DNA of 63,835 nucleotides, the filler included, from Reclinomonas americana ATCC 50394 (lineage: Eukaryota), in assembly GCA_048213135.1 (NCBI GenBank). It is 12 parts of 12 records of this genome, joined end to end, with 100 filler letters (N's around TTAATTAATTAA, not from the genome) between each part and the next. Parts side by side here need not be neighbours in the genome. Positions count along the whole stretch, not along the records: positions 48,289 to 54,826 come from AFZH01016973.1; positions 54,927 to 62,698 come from AFZH01016974.1; positions 62,799 to 63,835 come from AFZH01016986.1; 9 more parts are not named here. One strand, given 5' to 3'. Made by a program: the position numbers and the translations under genes. The notes under the pieces were generated by a model. The model saw only the letters and a list, made by a program, of their open reading frames with translations. It made no database searches and was not told the DNA's origin. How positions within the stretch are numbered: position 1 is the first letter of the stretch; each line of letters begins with the position of its first letter. This document shows, piece after piece, positions 52,401 to 63,835 of this stretch.

Positions 52401-52951
52401 TGCAGGGGGAGAGAGACAAGGGTGTTTTTTTTGTGTCCATGTATTGTTTTGCTTGATGTTTTGAATAGAGAGAGAGAGAGAGACAGGCTGGTAGTTTTGC
52501 TTTTGCATATGTATGTTTGCCGTGCACGTGAGAGTGCGCGTGCGAGGTGTGTTTTCTGAAGTATGGAGAGAGAGAGAGGGAGAGGAAGAGAGGAATCGTT
52601 CGCAGTGAAATCGTGCAATATCCTGCTGAATCAAGCACTCACTTGCCGTGTTGAGGGCTCGCACGATGACAGAGGCGGTTCAGCCAGTCATCGACAAGGT
52701 TGTGTGGAGGAGCACTTGTCGTGAACTGTGCAGAAACGCCTGCACCGACAATGTCACTTTCGCACACCGTTTCAGTCTCAGCGTTCTCTTTCTTGGATGC
52801 CTCTGTGGCTGACACTCATTCACGATGGTATTCTTCATGCAGTCATGTGGCTCGTCGGTCTTTTTCCCCCGATAACCCAGCATTACCAAAGAAAGGCATA
52901 CGGGGGTTCGAACACCGGTACCAGCGAGGATGTGGATGAGGACCGGCAGGT

Positions 52952-53290
52952 ACAACAACAACAACAACTCTACTAATCCAAGCAGCATGGTGATCACCAT
53001 CTTGAGTGAGCACCAGAAACTCAGACATCGATATCACGGAAAAAGTGAGAAAAAGTCGAGAGGGCTAATGGTGGCGTTTCTGCTCTCTCGTGCTCTTCCA
53101 CTGTAGCCTGGACCTCCGCCTGTTTGCTCGTGGAATCATGATTCCAGCAGCGACTGTTGGTGATCATCAAGACAGCTGATGCTTGTTGTGAATGTTCTCG
53201 AACTGTTTCGGTAATGACCGGTTTTAAATTCTGGCGCACGCTCAAAATGGTGAACACCATGCAGCTGTGTTGGATTTCTCAAGTAGTTGT
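52952..53290. mobile_element. Second MITE-like fold-back element of the same family
   Basis: 52952-53062 is the reverse complement of the 39080-39193 arm. A partial forward arm (atggtgaacaccatgcagctgtgttgg) lies at 53230-53290. Confidence 0.45.
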
Positions 53291-54626
53291 TCTTTTCCGC
53301 ACTCACTCCACCACCCGCGTCGCCTCACACTCCATGTCCGAATTTCTCCGATGCAATGTACACGAGAGCGGACACACCGCGTAATTAACCCCGCGCTCCC
53401 CCTTCGTCGCCGCCCACACTCCACCCTTGTCCAATCAGCATACACACGCACACATCGCTCAACACCACCCACACGCAGAGAATCTGCAGAGAAACGCCGG
53501 GAACAAGGAGAATATTGCTTGAATTTTCACGATATCTTCATCTTTCACGCTCATCAGCAGAGGCAGACAAGTCGCGCTCTCTCTCTCGCCCACTCACACA
53601 CTCTCCCACTCTCTCTGCGAGTGAGTGAGAGTGAGTGACAGCAAACACACACACAAACACACAGACAAGCATCACACACAAGGAGAAAGGGCGCGCTTTG
53701 CTGCGTGCGTTCGAGGTTCGTGCACATGCACATGCTCAACCACTCACACCCCACTTTTTCCTCACACACACACTCTCTCTCACTCTCTCACTCTCTCTCC
53801 ACATGTGCACACAGACACACACGCCTGTCTCTCTCTTTCTCTCGCGCACAACTGCAGCAGTCACTCTGTGTCACTCCTTGTCTCTCTCCCACTCTCTCTG
53901 CCTCTGTGTGTGTCTTCTTTGTGTGTGCACATTCGTCAGTGGTGTTGTCTTGCAATGTGCACTTTGTGCGGGCGAAAAAGAGAGGAAAAAAGTGAGTGAG
54001 TGTGTGGTGGGGCTGTTGATGTGAATGTGCAGATGTCCCACGAAAAGCACGCGCACTTGTTTCACTCACTCCTTTCTCCCTCTCTCTCACACACACTCTC
54101 TCTCACTCTCTCTGTGAGTGCTCATGTGCTGATTGTTCCTCCGATCATTGTTGTCTCTCACTCTTTTGTCTCTTCTCTCTCTCTCTCACTCACAGGAATG
54201 CTTAAGCATCGGCTTGGAGTGAGTGGTTCATCGTCATCGTCGTCGCCGTCGCTGGTGAGTGCTACACCAGCGAGAGAAAGAGATTATGAGTGAGAGCGAT
54301 ATATGGGTGATTGGTGTTCGGAGTGGTGCTGTTGTTGTGCTGTATGTGGAGGGGATAAGGCGTGTGTAGGTGTGGGGTGCTGAGCAAGTGGGATTCTCGT
54401 GATAATGGCAAAGAGATGGGCAATGAGAGTGTGTGAAAATGCACACTTGCGCAGTGAGAGAAAGAAAGTGGGCTTTTAAGGCTGCGAGGCTCTTGTGCGA
54501 GTGAAAGACACTGAGAGAGGCAGAGAGACAGCGGGCTTCTCAATCTTCAAGGTTCAAGAGATCTCTTGCAAGGGAGTGGGTGACACACACACACACACGC
54601 ACACGCACACGCACACACACATTCAC

Positions 54627-54702
<76 letters not shown>

Positions 54703-54710
54703 GACGACGA

Positions 54711-54741
<31 letters not shown>

Positions 54742-55028
54742 TACGTACGTACGTACGTACGTACGTACGTACGTACGTACGTACGTACGTACGTACGTAC
54801 GTAGTAGTAGTAGACGTACGTACGTANNNNNNNNNNNNNNNNNNNNNNNNNNNNNNNNNNNNNNNNNNNNTTAATTAATTAANNNNNNNNNNNNNNNNNN
54901 NNNNNNNNNNNNNNNNNNNNNNNNNNGTATGAGGTGGCGTGGAGGAGTGAGCGAGTGCGGCGAGAGTCGTTTAGTTAAGGACGATGCGCAGTGGTCGTGT
55001 GTGTATGTGTTTGTCACGCGCAGTGAGA

Positions 55029-55094
<66 letters not shown>

Positions 55095-55096
<2 letters not shown>

Positions 55097-55380
55097 GACA
55101 GCGGGCTTCTCAATCTTCAAGGTTTCGGAGATTCTCGGCAAGGGAGAATATGAGAGACTCGACACTTGGAGAGAATGGCAGAGAAAGACAGCGGGCTTCT
55201 CACTCTGCAAGTTTCAGAGATCCGTAGAAGAGAGTACACACAGAGAATGGCAGAGAAAGACAGCGGGCTTCTCACTCTGCAAGTTTCAGAGATCCGTAGA
55301 AGGGAGTACACACAGAGAATGGCAGAGAAAAGCAGTGGGCTTCTCACTCGGCAAGTTTCAGAGATCCGTAGAAGAGAGTT
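55095..55380. repeat. ~62-80-nt tandem repeat, 4 copies, with a related copy near 54525
   Basis: Recurring gacagcgggcttctcactctgcaagtttcagagatccgtagaag. Confidence 0.85.
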
Positions 55381-55960
55381 TGTTAACACGAGGAGAGAAA
55401 GGCAGCGAAGCACGCACAGGAGTATGAGTCCTGGTCCGCCTCTGTTTCTCTTTCTTCCACGGTGGGAGAGGGGCACGCAGAATGGATGCAGTTCGTCGCA
55501 GTTACACGCTGCGACTTCGCTTCGCTGAGACATGCCTTTGAGAGAGAAAGAAAGGAGACTGGCACACGCTCGACTTCTCCTGTCTTTCAAAGTACGTGTC
55601 AGGGTCGTTTTCTTTTCATTCTCTTGGGTTATCATGCAAGTCAATGCATCCCCAGTTTGCGGTCCTACTCTGCGTTCTCGTCGTTCTCTCCTTCCACACT
55701 CCAAAGTGAGATGCAAACTTCATGTATTCATCGCACTTAGTCAAGCATGCCTTCTCCTCCCTCCCCCCTCTCGTCACCTCCTTGTTGTTCTTTTGTCGAC
55801 GTGCTGTCCCCTTTGCCTTCTTCTCCCTCTCCTTTCCCTCCTTCCCCTTCTCCCTTCCCCTCCTTCTCCGCCCCCTTCCCCCCTTCCCCCTTCCCCTCCC
55901 TTGCCCTCACAATCCCCTTTGCCAACCTTGCAGACCGGCGCCGTGTCGCAACATTTGAGT

Positions 55961-58900
55961 ATGGATGTCGACATGGAGATGCTGGAGGCCGTGCTGGCCT
56001 CGGCCCCAGTACCGACGAGCGCGATGAAGCCGAACCACCCCACCACCGGTGCCACTGAGCACGAGAACGGCAGCGTTGTCGCCATTGTCGCCGATCGAGA
56101 AGATAATGTCGAGGAGATGGAGGGAGGAGAAGGAGAAGGCCGCGTTGTTGGGAGACGAAGGGAACGCGAGAATCAACATCAGGAGGAGGAGGAACAGGAG
56201 GAAGGAGAGGGAGGAGTAGGCCGCGTCACCAGAAGTCGTCGACGAGCGGCGACCGAGGTCGTGGCACCGCCCGACGATCAGCCAATTGTCGGCAGCAGCG
56301 GACGACCAGTGCGCAATGCGGCTCGTGGGTCGCTGCTGAGAAGGCGGCAGCAGGCAGAGGCCTCGCAACAACAACAACAGCAGCCGCGACGGAGCGCGCG
56401 TGGCAAGACACAGCCAGCGGCTACTGCTGCGGACGCCGATGCCGACGATGAGGGTGAGGGCGAGGAGTGCGAGGCTGAGGAGGAAGAGGACGAAGAGGAG
56501 GAGGAGGAGGAAGGCGAGGAGGAGGACGATGATGACGGAAGTGACTTTGGAAGCGGGCAGCAGACTCGCCGTGGTCGGGGTCGTGGACGACGGGGCGGTG
56601 GTCGCATGGCCCCCGTGTCGAGATCCACGGTGCATGCGCCAGTGGTGTGTGCGCCGCCGGCTGCCATGTCGCCGTTCCAGCGTTTCAAATCGGCGCGCAT
56701 GCAAGTTGCGATTGTGTTGGGAGGGAAGGAAGAAGGAGAGAGAGAGAGATGATCTCATTTCTTTGGTTCAATCTATTAGTCACCGGTGCTGTTGCCGTGC
56801 AACGCGACGGCGGCTGACGTGGCCGCCGCCACACTTCTGCAGGCGGCCGCCGCCGTCTCGTCGCCGTACAACTCGCCGCAGAAGCCACTCGTTTCCACGG
56901 CGACAACTACGACCACGACCACCACGACGACGACGACAACGATCACACGAAATGTGCGACAATCGCCTGCTCTCACCGCCGCAGCGCCGCCGCCGTCCAT
57001 GCCGGCCGGTGTTCCGATTGCCACCATGAACAGCAGATCGCGGTCGGCTGCGCTGCAGGAGGCACTCGAGGGCGGTGAGCATGCTGGAGGTTTGGTCGTC
57101 CCTCAACCTTTTTCTTCCTTCACTCTTTATGCTCGCCATCTCATCGCTGCGCATGCACACACAGGCGGTCGCCGCGGCAAACTGAAGCGTGGTGCGGCTC
57201 TGTTGGGCGGTCGATTCTATCTGCCGTCTGCCGATTCGCTGGCACGGCAGTGCATTGTGGAGCTGGCGCGTCACAATGGTGGCCCGCTGACGCTGGATGA
57301 GATTGCGGATGGTGTGACTCGGCGATCGGCGTTTGTTTTCACCGCCAATGTGCCGCCAAGGGTGCGTAGGAAAGGGAAAGGGAAAGGGAGAAGATGAAGG
57401 GAAGGGGAAGGGAGAGAAAAGGGGAAGACAAAGGGAAAGAGAGTGGAGAGGGTGGCGAGAGAGAGAGAGAGAAAAGATAAAGGGAGAGGAATGGAAAGGA
57501 GAGGACAACGAGAATTAGAAAGGGACAGCGTAGGATAGAAGATCAAATGGGGAGGAAGGGAAGGAGAAAGCGGGAAGTGGAGAGAAACAGGGAATTAGGA
57601 CAAGGGGAGAGTGGTGAAGGTGGCGAGAGTGTGTGCAGAAAAGGAGGATTAACTGTTCTTACTTGATGTGTGCGTTCTCTCTCATTGTGTGCTTTTGATC
57701 TGCACTTCTGCTTTCCTTCCACTCACTGAAGTTGGGCACTGATGGTCGAATATGCTTATTGTTTTCTTTCTTGAGCTCTCATGCATCTGGCCTCTTGTTA
57801 TTTGTCTCATTCTCTCTCGTCTCTCGCTCTCATCTCTTTTTGCCCGTTCCCCACCCTTCCCATCCTTCCCCCTTCCCTCTTTTCTCCCTTCTCCCTTTCC
57901 CTTACCCCCCTCTTCCCCCCTCGCAGATCTCCGTGGCCAACGCCGTCCGCCAACAAGCTCGTCGCTACGACAACCGCGCACTGCTGGACCTCCCCCGCCA
58001 AGGCCGCGTCTCGCTGGTCGACGGTTGGGTGGACTTCCGCTCGCTGCTCTCTGCCGACCCGCCCGCCCGCTCGCCGTCGGACGAGCTGGCGGTGACGTCG
58101 GGCGAGGACACGGATCCCGCCGTCGGCGCCAGTCCGGCTCTGCGCGGCATTAGCGCCAGCCCTGCCCCACGCACTGCCAGCCAGAGTCCGGCCATGCGTG
58201 GAGTGAGCGCGAGTCGCAGTCCGGCCATGCGCCCGGCGCGCACACTGAGCGCTTCGCCTGCGCTCCGACCCAGTCGGTTCAGCCTGCCGCCGCCAAAGAC
58301 GTGCCTGTCCCCAGCAGCACCCACTCCGCCAGAGGATGTTCACTTGCCGGTGCCGCTCCTCGCCGCGTCCCCTTCGTCGTCGCTGTCGTCGCCCGTGTCC
58401 GCTACCATGGCGGTGGTCGACTCCGCAGCGCTCACCGTGCCCGTGCCGCTGCCGGTGCCGATGGACTTGTCCGCCGGCGACGATGAGAGGCGGCGCGTCA
58501 GCAAGAGGCATGCGTCGCGCGATTCCGGTCTGGTGCCGACCGAGGACTGGCCGTCGGGGCAGAAGCTAGGCGGCAAGGTATGTGTTGTGGGAGGGAGGAA
58601 TAATGTGAGATGGGTGTCTTACGTTTTGCGCGTGCCTCTTGCAGTGGTGGGTTCCGCCGGGAGACGCGCTCTGCTCCCAGATCATTCACGAGCTGGCGCT
58701 GGCCAATGGCGGACCGCTGACGTCGCCGGAGCTGGCGGATCGCATTGCCGCGCGTGGTGCATTCACGTCGTCGGCAAAGGTGGCACCGAGGGTGAGCGAA
58801 GGAGGGGAAGGCGGGAGGGTGTGAGAGGGGGAAGGAGTGAGGAGGAGGGCTGATGTGGAGACAGGGTGGAATTTAGGGAGAAGGTGCAGCGTTGGTCTTT

Positions 58901-60579
58901 CAGTCCTCGCTCTTCACGTCAGTTCTGTTCATTTATGTTGTTTGTGCTGGGTGATTATGCTGTTCCCTATCCTGTGTTGTGCTTGGCAGTGTGTGTGTGT
59001 GTGTGTGTGTGTGTGAGAGACGCAAAGGAAGAAAAAGACAGGAAGAAGTCGGAGAGAGTGAGTCAAGTAAATCTGCAGCAGGTCAGTGTTCGTGCGCTAA
59101 TGTGTGTACCTGCTGTGTTTGTGACTGTGTGTGACTGTTTTGTGTGGAGTGGGTGGGAGGACAGAAAGTGACAGTGAGTGAGAGTTATGCGTATGAATGA
59201 GTGAGAGACAGCGAAAGAGAGATCGTGACTATTTGCGTCATTTTGAGTCTTTGTTCTTGCATGCCCTCTTCCTTCCAAGACCACTTACTTTGCTTGCCTC
59301 CCCTCTCTCGCAGACAACCATTGGCAATGCCGTGCGGGCTCACTTGCGCGTGCATGAAGGCCGAAGTATTCTCGAGTGGATGCGTCCCGACAAGGCTGTG
59401 TTGGTGCAGGGGTGGGAGAACTATCGGAACTTGCTGACCCAAGGTGCGGTTTCATTCTGTGGCGTGTCGTTCGCGTATCTTTCACTCCTCGCGAGGAGGG
59501 AAGAAGCAGAAGACAAGAGATAAGAAGAGGAGAGAGGGGAGAAGGAGAGAAGAAAGAGAAGAGAAAGCAGAGCAGAGAAGGGAAGCGCAGAGATGAAAGA
59601 GAATAGAAGTGGAGCCGAAGGGGAGAAGTGGAGAGAAGACGGGACGAGAAGAAAAGAGAAGAGAAGGGAAGAGATGAAGTGAGGAGAAGATAAGAACAGG
59701 GAGAGAAGGGATATCTCTGTCTCGCAGATACCTCGCTCTCTCCACTCCCTTCGTCATTCTGGCAGTCTCTTCACTCTCTTCTCTGACTTTGTTTCATTTC
59801 TCTCTGTCTCATTCCAAAATGTCTGTCTCACTCCCTTTCAGATCGCTGCTAATACCATCCTTCCCTCTGTCTCTCACACTCTCACTCGTCCGTTGTTTTC
59901 ATCAAATCCCTTTCCACCTTCTCCCGTCTCCTCTTCACCCTTCTCTCCTCTTTTCTCTTGCCCTCTTCTCCGTATTCTCCTATCCTTCCCTCTTAACCTC
60001 TCCACCCTTTCTCCTTCCCCTTCTCTCCTCTATTCTCTTGCCCTCGTCTCCTTCTTCTCCACCCTTTCCTCTTCTCCTCTCCACCCTTTCCTCTTCTCCT
60101 CTCCCCCCTTTCCCTTCCCCTTTCCACCCTTTCTCCTTCTCCTCCGACCCTTTCTCCTTCTCCTCTCTAACCTTTCTCCTTCTCCTCCCACCCTTTCTCC
60201 TTCCCTCTCCACCCTTTCCCTTCTCCTCTCCACCCTTTCCCTTCTCCTCCTTCTCCCTTCCCCCTTTCTCCCCCTTCTCCCTTCCCCCTTTCCCCCAATC
60301 CCTTCTCCCTCACCACCTCCTTCTCCCCCTCACAGTCCCCTCCCTCCCCACCGACATCGCCGCCGTGGAAAGCATGAGCGAGGGCTTTGACGTGCCACCA
60401 CCCATCAGCTCACCGCGCCTGCCTGGCCGACCATCCGTCGCCGGCGGCGGTCGCTCTTCATCGTCATCCGTGCATGGCACACCGTTCTCCTCGTCAAGCA
60501 GCGATCGTGCTGAGGGAGCGGACCAGGTAGGGCACAAATGTGTTACCTTGATTGTGTTCTGATTGCACTCCGTGGTGTG

Positions 60580-60665
<86 letters not shown>

Positions 60666-62508
60666 GTGCATTGTGGTGTTTTGTGAGTGTCTTTTGGTGC
60701 GTGGCCGCCAGCCTGTTTTGGAGGGAAGCGAGGGCCACATCCGCTGTCATCATCTTCGGTGCCACGCCACTTTGGTCAGGCTAACACGCTTGCGCAGCTG
60801 CGGAGCAGAGTCGGCGCAGACGGTGCTGCAGTGGACGGGGCGTTGGATGACGCGGCCCTCGGTATGTTTTCATCCAAAGAGGAGGGAGTTTTCTGTCGTC
60901 GTCTGACCACCGAGCGCTGTCACAGACGCCACAAGTCAGTGGCCCAGCAAGGCGGTTCTCGGCCAAAAGGTTTGTGTGTTTTTGATTGATGTTTGATGTC
61001 TGTCTCGCGTCTGACTCATTATCGGTGCGCAGTTTTTCGTGCCACCGCGCGACACTTTGGTGGCCGAGATCATTTACCAGCTGGCGCTACACGGTCCTGG
61101 ACCAATGACAACGGAGGTGAGAAGTGACAGAGAGAGCAGGAGGGCAAAGTCGTCGGCTTGGCGGGGAGTTTGTAGTGTTCCCTTCTAAGTCTCCGTGATT
61201 TGAATCTGCATTTCACTTGTCACTTCGGGTCGGAGTGTGCTGTTTCTTGCTGTTGACGTTTTCTTCTGATCATGGATTGGCGTTTCTCTTCCTATCCTTC
61301 TCTCTGCCTGAACCGCTCTCCCTTCAGCCTCTTGTCCTCTTCTCTTCCTCCCCTTTCTATTCTCTCATTTTCATCTCACCCTTTCTCTTCCTCCCTTCTC
61401 CATTCCTCATCTCCACCCTCTTACAGGCCCTGGTTGACCGATTAACCCCGCGACAGGCCTTCAACCCCACCTCTTCTGTGACACCTCCGGTATGCTCTCT
61501 ACGTGCAAGATGCATTGTTGTCCCATTGTCGCCTCATCCTTTCCCCATTCAAAAGGCGTCGGTCGGCAATGCCATTCGACAGTACCTGCGGTATCACGGA
61601 AAGATGAGTCTGCTGGAATGGGCGGCACCGAGCCAGCCGCAGCTCGTCGGCGGATGGGAGGAATTCGTCCATCTCTTGCGTCATGGTGAGGGGGAGAGAA
61701 GCTTGACGGTTCAATTGTCCGTAGTACTTGCTTCTCACGTCACCTTTCTTCATGCGCAGATCCGTCGCCATCACGAGCCAGAGTTTGTTGTTTCTCCACT
61801 CTCCTTCCGTGCACACAACTTTCATATTATCTCACCCTCCGTCTCGATTCCCTTCCCCCCTCATCCGCAGATGGCCACTGCCGCCGCCAAACGGCCGCAG
61901 GTAGAGAAGAACCTCGTGCACCATCTCGCAGTGTGGAGGACGCATTTGTTGCTGACACACTGCTGGGTTGGGGGTTTCTTCTTTTTCTGCGTTGTGTTCA
62001 GGCGTCAAATCGCAGTCGCGTACCACCACCGGCCTTGACCATTGCGCCACCCACGTCAACAACTACCACCCCCGTGATGACCGCGACGAGTGGCGGAAGT
62101 GGACAGTCGGCTGCGTTGTCGGCCTCTGGCGTCAGCGAGAAGAGTGCACGCAGTCCGTGCTTACGACCCACTGAGGCGGTTCGCTCTCTCACGAATCATT
62201 TTCCTTTCTCTTGTATTGACGCTCACTTCTCCTCTCCTTTTTAGTTCCACTTCCCCCGCGACAACACGCTTGCGCGCTACGCCGTGGAGGTGGTGATGCG
62301 CCACTTTGGCAGTGCGATGACGGTGCGCGAGATTGCCGAGGAGCTCATTCAGCAGGGCATGCAAGGCGACGTGACGGATCTGTCGGCCCGCGTCTCGCAG
62401 TCGCTGTGCCGCTACATTCAGCGCGCCGAGGGTCGCTCGCTCATTCGCCACCCCATGCCCAGCACGTTTGAGATGGTGCCGAACTGGGCGCAGAGGACGA
62501 CAGCGGAG
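55961..62508 (+). CDS. Large protein with an acidic/RG-rich N-terminus and four tandem HARE-HTH-like winged-helix domains (both ends uncertain; 3' end runs into a gap)
   Basis: Four homologous ~90-aa units, e.g. LARQCIVELARHNGGPLTLDEIADGV..PPRISVANAVRQ..LVDGW and LARYAVEVVMRHFGSAMTVREIAEELIQQG..RSLI..FEMVPNW. Confidence 0.7.
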
Positions 62509-62819
62509 GGTGAGTGTTGGGAAAGGGGGGAGGGAGGCAAAGGGAAGGGTGGGAAAGGCGAAGAGCACGTTCTTTCTCTCGAGTTCCCCTTGTGTCCCCC
62601 TTGTGTTCCCCTTGTGTTCCCCTTGTGTTCCCCCTCGCGTTTCCCCTCGCGTTCCCCCTCGCGTTCCCCCTCGTGTTCCCCTCGCGTTCCCCCTCGTGNN
62701 NNNNNNNNNNNNNNNNNNNNNNNNNNNNNNNNNNNNNNNNNNTTAATTAATTAANNNNNNNNNNNNNNNNNNNNNNNNNNNNNNNNNNNNNNNNNNNNGA
62801 GAGAGAGAGAGAGAGAGAA

Positions 62820-63250
62820 AAGAAGAGCAAGCAAGAGGAGAGACTCAAACAGCAGAAAGACAGAGCAACATGATTCCTTGTCTTCTCGCCCAAACCTAAA
62901 GACGCAGAATGCTCGAGAGGACGACAGATTTCGTTGATCAGCGGTAAGAAACTCAGAGAGGAGAGAGCAAGCAAGAGGAGAGGGGAGCAGACGAGAGAAC
63001 AAAGAAGAGCAGCGGGAGGAGAGACTCAAACAGCAGAAAGACAGAGCAACATGATTCCTTGTCTTCTCGCTCACACCTAAAGACGCATAATGCTCGAGAG
63101 GAAAACAGATCTCGTTGATCAGCAGTAAGAGCTCTGAAAAGAGAGAGAGAGAAAAGAGCAAGGGAGAGGAGAGAAGAGGGAGTAGACGAGAGAGAAGCAC
63201 GTTTCCTTGTCTTCTCGCTCAAAGCTGAAAACGCAGAATGCTCGAGAGCA
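62820..63250. repeat. ~180-nt tandem repeat, about 2.5 copies
   Basis: ccttgtcttctcgc..aagacgcagaatgctcgagag at ~62877, ~63057 and ~63206. Confidence 0.85.
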
Positions 63251-63674
63251 ACACACATCCCCCAACGAGCGCAATAAACGTTGACCAACCTTGATCTGCA
63301 CACCAAAAAAACATGACAAATCAGCGAAACTCACCAACCTCCACTTCACAAAAGCGATCAACAATGAAGCACAACAACGCACCTCCAATAATGTGTTGAT
63401 TGCAAGCACAAGCGGGAGACAGAGACAGAGGAAGAGAAGAGAGAGAGAGAGAGTTCACACTGGTGAGTCAAAAATAACACACACTCATGACACGCAAGGC
63501 GAGCGACGGATTACATATCAGCAGCTGTGCATGTACACAAGCAGGGAGAGAGAGAGAGGCATGTTAGTCACAGTAACAATGAGTGTATGTGAGAGAGAGG
63601 AGAGAGACTGTGTCTCAACGATCAGCAGTCTTCTCATTCATTGTCCTCTCTCTGCTTTGCTCTCTCTCTCTCTC

Positions 63675-63728
<54 letters not shown>

Positions 63729-63835
63729 TAGTGTGTGAGTAGTGTGTGAGACGATACGAGACGTACGTAGTGTGTAGAGTACTACAACAACAACTAGTAG
63801 TACTACTACTACTAAGTGTACGAACGTAGGTAGGA

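Noticed and set aside
54700..54826. (GAC)n/(GTAC)n/(TAG)n runs next to gaps (also ~21005-21040, 34140-34218, 63760-63835)
   Set aside because: They occur only at contig ends after long microsatellites and resemble pyrosequencing flow-order (TACG) noise.

Overview
Eukaryotic (protist-like) genomic DNA. It is intron-rich and microsatellite-rich, with scaffold gaps marked N..TTAATTAATTAA..N; several genes continue in order across the gaps. Most ORF-track entries are intron or low-complexity artefacts, so genes were spliced by hand. Genes found: proline dehydrogenase (5' end outside the window), a small hypothetical, S-adenosylmethionine decarboxylase, two intronless WD40 paralogs, augmin subunit HAUS5, two low-complexity hypotheticals, a ferric-reductase/NOX-like gene (3' end missing), a frameshifted ankyrin/coiled-coil/HEPN-like gene, a secreted EGF+PhoD-fold protein lacking most metal ligands, a TRF2/HOY1 PH-like protein and a protein with four HARE-HTH-like domains. 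Main observations: (1) about 23 of roughly 90 hand-traced introns use a one-nucleotide-shifted donor (GTTGCG, GTTACG, GTTGAG, GTTTCG), none with G at -1; (2) the SAMDC leader has a spliced 22-codon uORF ending Pro-Gly-stop; (3) a SAMDC intron contains a ~260-nt multi-hairpin element; (4) a 3-nt micro-exon completes the DAE motif of proline dehydrogenase. All calls come from manual reading; no searches were run.
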